Source of the DNA: Lingula anatina
Taxonomy: Eukaryota > Animalia > Brachiopoda
DNA: 64,000 nucleotides
NCBI GenBank assembly: GCA_051362555.1
Contig: CM120641.1
Span: 10,974,001 to 11,038,000 of the forward strand
Direction: 5' to 3'
The notes beneath the pieces were generated by a model. That model saw only the letters and a program-made list of their open reading frames with translations, made no database searches and had not been told where the DNA came from. The translations under genes and the position numbers were made by a program. Of the stretch, positions 25,184-37,387 are shown one piece after another; within the stretch, counting starts at the first letter, position 1; each line of letters opens with the position of its first letter.

Positions 25184-26419
25184 TTTGACCTTCTAACTAG
25201 AAGTAAAGATGACAGACTTTCATTTGACATGTAACTTTCCGAATTTTGATTAATTCAAATCAATTCCTAACGAGCCTAATAACATACTGTCTTAATGCTT
25301 CCAACAATATCAATATTAACTGGGTAAATTCAAAGTTTTCAAAGATCATCTGAAGTCTACTAATAATTCTTTTTGTATAGTAATGTACATTAAAAAAAGC
25401 TATAAGCTGACCATAACACATGAAATATGTATACTGTTCAAAGGTTTTATAAGATTTTGGAAAATTTAGAAGATTTTATGAAAATTGTGAGTGTGGCACA
25501 CTTAATCAATTTATCATGAAAAACTAGTCTGATATGGTGCACAAATGTATTTAAGAACCAGTGTAATAGCTGGTCTAGGTGTCATTGAGTACTTTTCTAT
25601 CATGGCATATTTTCAGTTCAGTTCAGGGAAGCTGAGACTCTCCCACTGGGCTGTACTGCATTGCATAGCACATTTTAGTATGACCCAATAAATATTTATG
25701 TAGAAAATTCCAATGGCTATAGAAAAACTTGGGCTTCCAATTTCAGCAACTGGCCTTAGCTATATACAATTGAGAAAGCAAAACTTATCTTTTCTTAAAT
25801 ATATAAAACAATTTCAAATCGCTTTATGAACAGTCATTTTTATTCTTTTTGTAAGTTTTTCTATTGCCAGTATTGGTATTGTGGAAGAGAATTTCAGTAA
25901 GTGAAAAGGGCACCCATAACTGTCCCCCATTTCTGCAGTATCAGTAAAACAGTGCTTACAGTGACACTGACACCAATGCCATATCCTTGCTGCCTCTGAA
26001 CCAGCAGTAGTAGTAACAGATTCGTAAAATATTTTTATTATTGCAACAATAACCAGTTTCAATCATTCAATGTTCACTCGTCACTTGCTCAGGTACATTC
26101 TGACGATATGTGGAGGATCACACTCGTGTACTGTATCAAACCAAGACAATGGCTTCATGAACTTCCTAATCAATGGCTTCTTAATCAGAATAGTTAAGCA
26201 TACCCTGCCTCTTTAAACTTTACATAACGTATAATAAGGAGTTACAGACTACAGTAAAAAGTTATTACGTAAGAAGTTACCGAAATTGCTTGTGAATTAT
26301 TAGATGTCTCTGACAGTACTAAGTCTAATGGAAGTATAAATAAGCGAACTCAAAATATTTTGCTCGACCACATAAAAACAATGATTACAAGAGCAGTGTT
26401 GAAAACACATCACCTACCT

Positions 26420-26960
26420 ATAACCGTTTTCAGAATGAAATGCTGAATAAGCAAAAAATAGAGCGAATTGTGTCAGCACCAGGTGATCGGATTGATCTGT
26501 GGACTTTTATTATTTTCACCCCGAAGCGCGGGATCGTATCAAAAATTATCCCGCAGCACTTAAGTGCGGTGAATAACAGGGATTAAATGAATCTTTAAAT
26601 AAGCCATATTGAGTATAAAATAAAATATTGTATTTATTTTCAAGGCATTTTAGATTTAACAACAGTTGCTATTTAGTGTCAGCTGTGGAATACTTGAAAT
26701 ACTTGATTCAGTGCGCACCTTCTTATCTTGCATTTTCCGCTTCCGGTTTCAGAGATGGCTCGTGTTTGTGCAATCGTAATTCTATTCAGTGAAGTATATG
26801 CTTTTACAGTCCCAGTAGTCGACAGTTTCTGTAAATGATATACGTCGTTTTTACAATTATGGCATTCTAAGTTCAGGAAACGAATGTCGCAGTGAATAGC
26901 TGCTACAACATATCTACGACAATTTGCTTAATGATCTTGGGAGTTGAGGACTAGTCTTGG
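26420..26960. promoter_or_regulatory. Putative bidirectional promoter region of BANF1/EIF1AD
   Basis: CpG-retaining segment between divergent genes. E2F-like GCGCGGGA/TCCCGC at ~26526-26553 and ETS-like CGCTTCCGGTT at ~26738. Confidence 0.6.
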
Positions 26961-27161
26961 TGACTGTGATAAAATATTGACATATTTATTGAATATTGTT
27001 GTACATATAGACCTGTAAGTGATTAAAAATACTTATATCTGTGATATTTGCTACGGCGACTAACTATTATTGGATAAGAAGATAGTAGATAGATAGTGTA
27101 ACTTAAATAAAGACTCCTCTCCAGAAACAATTGCCAGGAATTGGACAAAAATACATGTATA

Positions 27162-29027
27162 ATGTCCAAGGCAACAAAGAGAAAACATGTGACAAAGGAG
27201 GTGCTGGAGGAATATGTTCTTCCACAGAAAGATCAACAAATTGTCAAGGTTGGTGGTACATGAATATGTGTGTGTGTGTGTGTTAAAAATACCTAGTGCT
27301 TTTTAATTTTTCTAGTCTGAAATCCATCCATGTATTTTGAGCAATACTGTCTACCCAAATTGTGCTATTGACGAACAAAAAAAAAAAACGTTGGACTGAG
27401 TTAATACAGAAAATGTTCAATCCCAAGAAAATGCAGTGATGCAAAAGTGAAAAATTTTAAAGGTACATACAAACTGAGCATCGGTGGAGCGTGGATTCCC
27501 AGTAACACATGTAAACCACTTGTACTAGTTTCTTATAAGACTTATAAATTCGACATGCCAAGGGATAAACTGAAGAAATCACCCGATCAGCCATAAAAGA
27601 GCTTTAGAGTGCTCCTTTCTTTAAATTTTTGGTTGTCAATTTAACCTACTTTCGTGACCTACTTTTCTGCCCCATTGTCATACAGCATAGAATGCTAGCA
27701 GAAAAATCTGTTCAAACATCACTTTCGGGCAAAATTAAACAATGCCTTTTGGTAATTCTCCTAGTTATACTACTTGAAACTATGCTGGCATTTGGTTGGT
27801 ATTATGACAAAAAATTGACTTTGTATGTATCTTTAACACTAGTAGGTAATTAATAATTATATCATTGATCCAGGTTCATAAATTTTTGTGAATTTTCTTC
27901 AGTTAGAAGAGGCTTGTGGTCATTCCTAAAATTGTTTGTCTAGATTGGCAGGTCTCATTATTGTAAAGTATGCTTCTCAGTCAGTCTCACATGCCATCTT
28001 TACTGAGCATGGTTAGTAGCTAGCTTTGTAATCCAGTTTGTAGGAGTGTAAGGCCTAGCACAATTATGAAATAAATAATTTTACCTGATTAGTGGTTAAC
28101 ATTTTTGTAGGCACACTTAGTGCCACAGAAAATTTTATTCGATTTTTGTAATTGAATTAAATTAAAAGTTTTTAATGTTTATAGGTGGTTGCTGGTCGTG
28201 GTAATAACCTTCATGAAGTAGAAACTCCACATGGTGAACAGTTTCTTGTCAGCATGCCAACAAAGTTTCGCAAAAATGTATGGATAAAAAGAGGTAAGAA
28301 TACTATCAGTGATATCAAATAGTATTCACTAACTCCTGTTGATGGGTCACCAAAAAGCACATTATTCAACAAAATATTAGCAGTGCACATACATCAGTTG
28401 CCTAACAACATTAAGAACTGGAGCATATGTTATATATGCAGAATACTACCAATTTTGTACTTATATCTGCTTTAGGTGATTTTGTACTGATTGAGCCAAT
28501 AGAGGAAGGAGACAAGGTGAAAGCTGAAATCCAGGCAATCCTGTTCAAGGATCAGATAAAGTACATAAAGGATGAAAGGTTATGGTATGTGTGCTTTGAT
28601 TGTGATTTTTCTTTTTCATATGTTTATTTATTTTATTTTTCAATTTCATAGAACTCCTTAAGAACAATGTTTTCAAAAGTGCCACAGGACTGTTTATATG
28701 TAAGTTAAAAATTCCCTAATGTCAAAGTGAAGTTACCAGTTGAGTAAAATAGAAAGTGGGGATTACTTCCACAATGGTAAGGATTTTAATCAATCATAAG
28801 TAAAATTTCTCTTCTGAATTTTCAGGCCACCAGAGTTTGATGAGCAGGAGAAAAATAAAGATGATTTCATTCCAAGTGAGCTTTTGCCTCCAAGTGATGA
28901 TGATTCTGAGAATGAATTGAACCCTGAAATAACTGTCAATCTGAATCGCATGAACTTAAACCATGAGGATAGTGAAGAGGAAACCACAGAGGAAGAAGAT
29001 GAAGAAGAAGACTTACCTGAAAGTTAA
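27162..29027 (+). CDS. EIF1AD: Probable RNA-binding protein EIF1AD (eIF1A-domain protein)
   Basis: Exons 27162-27248, 28185-28293, 28476-28584, 28826-29027 give [106 protein letters not shown]... with an acidic tail. Confidence 0.97.
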
Positions 29028-30092
29028 ACGGAGCATTTATTTACTCATTATGCAGGAAGCATTAAAAAAATAAAACAATTGCTGATGCCCAAATAATAAA
29101 CCTTGTTTGCAAAAAGGCATTATGGGCATGTTTTGCATTCAGGTAGTTTTTGGAGTGGATTTGGGTTATGAAGTACACCACATCTCAGCTAACTTTGCTC
29201 TTCTTTTAAGAGAAAATCTCAGTTTGTGCCAACTCATTGTCATAGAGTATGAAATGGTGAACTGGCAGAAAACATGTTAAAGATTAACCTTAAACAAGCC
29301 ATGGTAAGTGATTGGTTGACCAACCAATCAGATAATTTTGTTTCTCCATATTCCATGATTTAAGATATTCAGAATGTAGTGATCTTATGGTTGAGACACT
29401 TAAAACAAAGCTGTATGAATGTTAGTTTTAATACTGACTTTGTCTGTGGTGTAACTGCAAATTGGTAATTGGTGCTGATTGGTTACTTGGGATGAAAACA
29501 TTTGGCGCTATAGTCACTGTTTGGTTTCACTGAGATAAAAGCTATCAAAGGCCATTTGCTGACAGTCTTGTGTATTATTATAGGAAGAGATAGTGTAATT
29601 TTCAGTTTTGCAGAATGTTCTTGAAATATTTTATTTTGCATTTTCTTTTGTTCTTCTGGTATTAAGAAAGTAATGAGATTAAATACTAATCTGACATTTT
29701 CATTGGCGCCAGTTGCAAATCGTGCAAATATTTGAATAAATATTGAAATACACTAAAGTGTAATTATTGTTTATCAGTTTTGATATACCCCCCTGCTATG
29801 ATGCGCTATTGATCAGAAGTGAAAAATAACCTATTGTTAAAATAATAAAATGAGATGTATATTTATACAAACTTTTTATGGAGTTCGACTTTTGCAGATT
29901 TTTATATTCAATACCTTTATTACATAACACATTTTAAGCAAACAATGTCATATGCATTACTTTTTTTCGGAAAACCCAAAAGTTTGTTTATATTTTCATT
30001 CATATAATTTTACTTTTACAAATACCTGTTTACTTTTAAACATGACATTATAACAATTCCTTCTATTTGTGAGTTTTATTTTCATGTGTAAA

Positions 30093-31537
30093 TCATTCGA
30101 GTCCCTCTCGTGGCCAATTAAATAATTTTCTAATTCCTGTCTGGCCACGAGCATGGCGACCATATTTCTCTAGTAGACAATCCTTCTTTGTGGATTTCCA
30201 TCCAACTTCTTGTGCTGTTGTCACAGGGAATCCGGGTTTAATCCCTTTCAGCAAATTGGCACCTTGAATGGGTGGGAGGCGCAAGAGTTTTTGTGGCTTC
30301 TGTAGTAATAAAGAACGATCTGATGTAGGAGGCGTTGGTGAAGGTGTTCCTCGCTTGCCGACCAATATGCGATTCATCTAAATGAAAAAGGAAAACATTT
30401 TAATGCTTAGATAAGATTCATTAAAACAAATATATGTATATATTGGTTGAGTCACATTTCGTTTTCCGTTTCTGTTTAATATAAGATGCACTTTTTTGCA
30501 ACATTCAGTTCACAGAGCAGAAAACTTGCACTGTCACCTACTCGCGGTACCTATGAAAAGAAAAAATAGTCATGCCAGCACAAATTATTAGGAAAGAGCC
30601 GAAGACGATGTTTTGTTCTCTTTTTCCTTTTGAGATATATTTTCAACGCGACCGACAGCAGATTTGCTCTAAGAATTCGATCAGGGTTTGCGATGCTGTT
30701 ACCTAAACGATCTTTATATGAAAGCATGGACACCAATCAAAATGAAAATTGGAATAAAAATCTAATCGCATTTTCAATAGCTGTCCTGTACTTCGGCATT
30801 GTTTCATACTTAGGACGGCATTTATGTGTTTTAATGATTTAAAAACCTCAGTCCTGCGACGTGTGAATTTGGCGTACTAAATGTGGTTATGAAAAATGAA
30901 AAACGGAGTAGGCTAATCAAGAAAGTAAGAACTAAATTTTCTTCAATATCTGATTATATTTAGTTATGTATCAAATCCGCAATGCCGTTGGATTAAGGCG
31001 CTTATCTTTTCAAGATCTCCAACAAAACGTACCCTGGTGTATTCCGTTTTCAGAAATCCCCAGCTTTCAGGCCATTTCTTAATAAAGGACTGCATTTCTC
31101 TGTGCACATGGTCTTTCCTTGAATAAAAATCGTAAGTGTGAGTCACGCTCTTGTTCACTTTAAATTTACTGACGTTTTGTAATATTTCTCTATCTTAGTT
31201 TGTTATAATGATAATTAAAATAAAATAATATTGATCCCATCCAAATGACTTTTAAACCCATGGGAATTTAAATAGGAAAAGATCAATGTTACAATTACAA
31301 TTCAGATGATATATAGTTGAAGGCTGATCATGATAAAGAAAAATGTAAATGATATTCGAGATCATAAATACAATAGTCTGTGTTTACAAGAAAAATATCC
31401 GATGAAAACTCGTTCACGTTGCTTATTTTTTGCTATAGCTGTTTATTTTTCTGTTTTGATATTCGATTTCAGATCGAATGTAGGCCTTGAACTTACCAGA
31501 TTTCATCATTATGGACGAAGTGAACATGTTTTCCCAT
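30093..31537 (-). CDS. C20orf85/LLC1-family protein (ciliary microtubule inner protein-like)
   Basis: Exons 31537-31497 (MGKHVHFVHNDEIW), 31117-31033 (KDHVHREMQSFIKKWPESWGFLKTEYTR) and 30377-30093 (...FPVTTAQEVGWKS...KLFNWPREGLE*) are phase-compatible. Motifs DEIWK, WPxxWGFL, PxTTxxxxGWxS and WPxxG match the C20orf85 family. Confidence 0.85.
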
Positions 31538-32465
31538 CTCGTTTTCTTAACCACATACAAACGCCCTCTCTTACAGATATGTATAAATGCGGCCTATGTG
31601 TCGTCGTTAAGGTGTCGCAATGGCCCGTCGCAATGAGAAATGTTAGTGACGTCATAATGCGATACCCTTTTTTCAAATTATATGTATTAATTTATATCTC
31701 ACAGAATTTTTTTCTAACAATGTTAAATTCTAGAAATATACCGTCGAACTGTAATAAAAACAAAGACAAAGACCAGCGAGAGTTTTTGTCTGGTCGTTCA
31801 AATTTTTAAAGATAATGAAGTAGTTGCCCGCTGACCGTAGAGTTCAATAATAAACATTCAGACTTTCTCATTTACTGGAATTGTGAAGCTTGAATTAGGT
31901 TTTGTGAAGTGTCACGAAGGAAAAGGAAATAAACGAAACTCGTAATTCTTAGGGTAGGCCTATAGTTTGGCGTTGGTCTGGCAACCGAAAAGTGTAGCAC
32001 TAGTTACTGCGTCAACCAGAATATAAACACGTTTGGGAATATGTTTAACACAAATTAAAGCTTTTCCAATGTGTACTATTCGCATTTGAAAATATCCCAA
32101 AGTTATATTTTATGTCTACATGTCCTGCGAAGTTGCTAATTATTTTCCCAATTCAGGGAAATTTTAATTGGCTGGAAAAAGGATAGATCTAGATATATCT
32201 TTGAATCATGTATTATTGCAAATAATGTACTGCGAAAACTGAAAAAAGAACAAAGTGTAAGTAAATATATTTCCCTGCAATATATAAGATTAGAATAGTG
32301 TGATGAAAATAATAATGATAAAAGAAAGGGGTCTTCCCGCTCAGGAACCCGAACACGAGGCTGGGATTTCCTATCCGGTTATGCGCATTACTGTCTTCTG
32401 TCTGTTTGTCTTGCATTGTATACGCTTTCGAAATTTCCCACACATTCGCGACAACAAACTCCAAA

Positions 32466-34015
32466 ATGCCATCGGTAAGTGAAAAGAATGAAACAGAGGA
32501 CGAGGAGATGGAGCAAGAATCTCAAGATAGCGACAAGAGCGAAGATGACGAATCAGAGAGTGGTTCTGGTTCAGAGGAGGGGGACGAAGAAGAAAGTTCA
32601 GGTGAGTCGGGTTTAATTACCTGGCCGAGGATAGTACGACTACTTCTGGTAATATGCTCTCCCTAAAGACTAAAATTATATGATGAAGAGGTAGTTGGTT
32701 CGCTGTGGATAAGTCAGACACCTCTGTTACTTTCTTATACAGTCCTTTGGCTTTGATAAAGACAGGGGTATTTGAAGTCGATAATAAATATGGTATTTTA
32801 TTGACGCCGTTTTGATGACCGCTCTTTGATAGACGTCTTTCATTTGTTTCAGTTAGAGCAATAAAGACCTTCTCCTATAAGCTTGGAAAACGCGAAAATT
32901 CACATTTTTGACATATGTCCTACTGTACTGCAAAAAACTCTACATGTAAATAACTGAATAATCTGACAAAGATCAAGTTTGGGCACCAAGTACTCCTGTT
33001 GATGATTTTTGATCCTTTTTGCTGTGTTAAAGCGTGAAAGCAAAGACCTCAAAAAGATGACCAGTTTGCATATGCCGGATGCTCTCACATTTCTATCTCA
33101 CCTCTCATCTCCTCAACTTACACACTCCTGTAGGGCCAACTAGGTTTCTTGTGAACAGAGCCATGACTATAAGTTTAGGTTCATCAGCTTACCTACCAGT
33201 TTGGGTGCAGTAAAATCATACACATGCTCTTGAGGGGGAAATGGCAGCGTGGAACAGACTTCTCACGAAAAATTTGTTAGAAATCGTTTCCTTCCCTTGG
33301 AACAAACCCTTAAATAATCACATTGCTCATGCAACTTATAGTGCACTCTGTTCTGCAAAGTAGTTTGCTTCTTGATTGGAAAATATTGCATCATTATTTT
33401 ACTTACTTACTTTGTGCATGCAGAATTCTTGTTTTTGATGTAATCCTAAAGTATGAATAATAAAAAACAGTTTTGTCTGATATTACAGAGCTAGATGAAG
33501 AAGAATGTGAAAGAAGAAGAGATGAGTGCCTAGATGATATGCTTGACTTGGAGAAACAATTTTCAGATTTAAAAGAACAGTAAGCATGATGCAGATAGTT
33601 GATGATAAGTCAGAATTATTTTAAGTCAGAATTTTTATCCTATTGCAATTATATACATATAATTAATTGAGACATATATTTTTGTATTATCCTAAACAAC
33701 ATAAAGTGCTTCATAGAACTAGTGAGGTCATCAGATGTACAAAGAATGAATGAAGGTGATGGAAGCTTCAGATTATTTTTGAATTACATGTAGAATACCT
33801 CTCATTATTCTTTTGTGGTTGCTTTATTTTTTGTTTTAATTTTGTAAATTAACTAATAATTCTGAGAAAATTAATAGAATGCTAAATCCCTATGGAAGTA
33901 ACAAGTAACTGGCAGTGAAAATAAAATAACTTCAAACAGATGGTTTTCTCTTTTCATGTAGGGTTAAGAATGTTAAAACTCGTTACAGTAAAAGTATGTC
34001 TGTAGTTTGTGAATA

Positions 34016-34072
<57 letters not shown>

Positions 34073-37000
34073 AAAAGTCTCCATCAGTGAGAATGTGCAC
34101 CTCTAATTTTTTTTTTTCAGACTCCATGGGGAGCGTATGTCTCAGGTTGATGCCAAACTAGAAGAAGTTCATGCAGGGCTTGCACATGAGTATTTAAGTC
34201 CACTTGATGAGTTACAGGAAAACATGAGGATACGTACTGAAGTTGCAGGTAGATAGCTCACCCTTTACTCTTTCTACTTAAAGGGATAACAAATGTTCAT
34301 ATGACATACATTTTTCACAAACAATACAATGTAAACAACTCAAAGAGAATGTAATTAATTCCATTTTACCACCAAAACAGCAGTTATCATAATTATTCTG
34401 GAATCTGTGCTTGCCCTTAGACCACTATCCGTCATAGATGGCTACCCTCTGTAATAATATCTTAAGAGGTTATTACAAAAAACTTTTTACAAAACGGGGA
34501 CTTGCTTTGCTTGTCATAATGGACTCATTAACTATTCTAATGGGAAAATTGTTGTTAACCCTAGGAAAATCCTTTTTTTGGTCAAAATGAAGAGTTATTA
34601 TCCCTTTAACTTATATATAAATCGTCATGACATGTCCACCTCTGAGTCAGTGCTGATAAGAATTCTACTTGTTTGCATTCATAAACTTCTCAGAGTGATA
34701 CCCTGGCCAAACATGAAAAAGGTCAGATTGTAATGGCACTCGGGCGCACACTTTGAATTTAGCAAAGATGGCAGCCTTCATGAAAGACTTGGTGATGATA
34801 ACATTCAGTTATAAATCACAAGTGTGACTATTTTTCATAATTTTTTTTATCTGTTATGGATATCATGCATATGTGAGACTTGTAGATTTGTAGGTTTGGG
34901 TAGAACCTGAATATATTATTATTATTATTATTATTATTAATTTTTTAGGCATATGGCGAGAACTAGAACTCGAAAATATAAGAAATAAATATGAGTGTGA
35001 AATGCAAGCAGCACAACAAAATTTTGAGGTAAGTGTTCTTCTGCATTTTGCTGCATTTGTAATATAGCTTTGGATTCATATTCTCTAGTTCATTGGATTA
35101 TCCATGCAAAAACATGCATTTTAAATAATTAAAAATAGCTATGTTTTATTAATTCGTTATTCCTTTTGGTTGTTTTTTGTCTGTTTATTTTAAGTAAAAC
35201 CCTGCATTTACTCAGAACCTTGAAGTAATATTTGGCTGCATTTGACAAAATTGCAGTTTTTATTTCCAGTAAAGAATATTTTAATAAAATAAAATTAAAA
35301 TATTTTTGTTCTTTCTATTGTAGAGTGAAAAAATAATTTTATATGATACTGTAAAGGCTGAATTAGAGGAAAAAATTAGAAGACTGGAAGAGGATCGACA
35401 TAACATAGACATTTCCTCTGGTAAGTGCCCTTACGAAACTTATAAGTATGGAGGTGATATTGCTGAAATTCTTTGTAATGGTTACAGTGTCTTTATATTT
35501 TTTTGATTTCCTGTGTCTGGTCATTTCTTGTAAATCACTGGACTGTATGTAAGAACCAGACTATACTTTACTTTAAGTGCCATATACTTGAAATTTGCTA
35601 GCAGGTGCTGTATGGTTGAAAGGCAGGCTAAGTCAAATAGACATGATTGGGTGAAACTAGCTTTTGTAAAATGTGTGTATGTTTTCCAATTTTTTTTAAC
35701 CTCTGTAAATTATTTTCTAGATCTGTGGAATGAATCTCAGAACTTAAAAAGGAACAAACGAAAAGTAGACCCACACAATCCAGATAGAAGACGGAAGCCT
35801 ATTACTGTGTCTGATATCCTTTTGCTGTGGATTCTCTATACAGTGAATAGCGGTCTGAGTGTTGATTTAGAAAAGTTTCTAGTAACAATTATTTTTCATA
35901 TTAAAAATGAGAATAAGTACTAAAGAGAATGAATACCATTTTACCTTAATTTATCTACGTCCATATATTGTCTATATGTTAAAGGATATGGATATAATCG
36001 AGGATTGGACGGCTATAAAAAAGGTGAGGAGAAATACCAACTTTATGAATGAATATATATTTATCACTTAGTGTTGGATACTTAAGCACATTTCAAAAGT
36101 TTACTGTTATGTGATATAATTTTACTTAAGTGTTGCAATGACAAACTATGTGTGTGCAAGAGGGATTTAGTTGGTTAGAAAATTACAGTTTTTCACTTCA
36201 ACTACAAGTATGGCTGTAAGATTTATGTTTAAGCAGTTTGAAGTATTTGGTGTAATATTTGTTCTTTTGTCTGTCCTTTTGCAGGCTTTAAAACAACAAT
36301 CCCAGAAAAGGAAAGCAGAACGTAAGTTGAATGTTATACTTTGAATGTTATAATTTTAACTTTTTGTTTTATGTACAGAATATCTGGTTCATTTGGATTT
36401 GTAACAGTTTTGGTGGTTGTGTTTCAGTATGTTTATTACATAAAGCAGTGCAATGTCTCAATTTCTTTATTTTGATATGGATTTGTAGGTAATTGCCAGT
36501 AATTAAGGCTATGGGTTATGGCCAAAAGATCCCAGAAATAGATTTAAGAAACTATAGTGGTGAATTGCCATTCAAATGACAATTGCTTAATTGCTTTTAG
36601 ATATACTTAAAAAGGAGAACCACCCATTCAATGCTAGGTTTGATGATGGGAAGCTGTTTTATGAAGGGGAGTGGTACAACAAGGGTCACCACATCATCAT
36701 AGACAATAAAGAGGATTCTCCTGTACAGTAAGTGACATTTTGAGAAAGTTAAATTTTTACTTTTTTTTTGTAATATCCTCATGGGATAATTCCATAATTA
36801 ATGTAATAGTTGATTTTGTAAAGAAGTCAGAATCAATTGTTTTGTAGTGTATTTTTTGTATTTCTTTTCTTTCTTAGGAAATCTCACAAGGTCTATCTTT
36901 GTCAATACTTATAGATGGTCATTTTGTGATGCAACTGAAATAGATAATTGTGTTGTTTTGTCTTCAAGTGCCACAGTCACAGCCATTAATACAGGAGAAG

Positions 37001-37092
37001 TTTGGGTGAAGCGGTCAGATGGAAACAAGTCCAAGCTGTACATAGCACAATTACAAAAAGGGAAATATACAATACGGCATGTTCCGTATTAG
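32466..37092 (+). CDS. BRMS1L: Breast cancer metastasis suppressor 1-like (Sds3-family Sin3-HDAC subunit)
   Basis: Exons 32466-32601, 33489-33579, 34121-34248, 34949-35028, 35324-35420, 35721-35813, 35959-36023, 36285-36321, 36601-36727, 36969-37092 splice in frame. Acidic N-terminus, then [50 protein letters not shown] and [24 protein letters not shown]. Likely a co-ortholog of BRMS1 and BRMS1L. Confidence 0.95.
34019..34070. repeat. (AC)n microsatellite
   Basis: Direct inspection. Confidence 0.95.
34282..34605. mobile_element. Kolobok-type MITE (TTAA TSD) in BRMS1L-like intron 3
   Basis: TTAA|AGGGATAACAAATGTTCAT ... ATGAAGAGTTATTATCCCT|TTAA: imperfect 19-bp TIRs beginning AG. Confidence 0.7.
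35814..35958 (+). other. U12-type (minor spliceosome) AT-AC intron
   Basis: 5' site ATATCCTTTT, branch-like TTTACCTTAAT about 10 nt before the terminal AC. Removing it restores the conserved VSG|PYIVYML frame. Confidence 0.95.
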
Positions 37093-37387
37093 ATATGGAC
37101 ATTGGGTATTTCTACTTTGTATAATTTATATGACATTTTCTAAATAACATCATGATGATCATGTAGGGAACGCATTCAATACAAGAATGTTGGTCTGTGT
37201 ACTTGTAGCATGAATAGTAGACATGGATTAGTTTATTTTATTTATTTATTTTTATTATTTTAATTATTTAATTTTGTTTATTTATTTATTTATTTTTGAG
37301 ATGAAGTAGTAGTAAAAGTTTTATATTACTTTGGTCACTATCATTATTTTGCTCAAAATCATTGTATTCTCACTTGTTATTCTACTT

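Noticed and set aside
31330-31809. 159-aa plus-strand ORF
   Set aside because: Overlaps exon 1 and the promoter of the minus-strand C20orf85-like gene, with no protein-like features.
32472-32480. GTAAGT donor consensus just after the BRMS1L-like ATG
   Set aside because: It would be phase 0 and out of frame with exon 2. The donor after 32601 gives the conserved frame.
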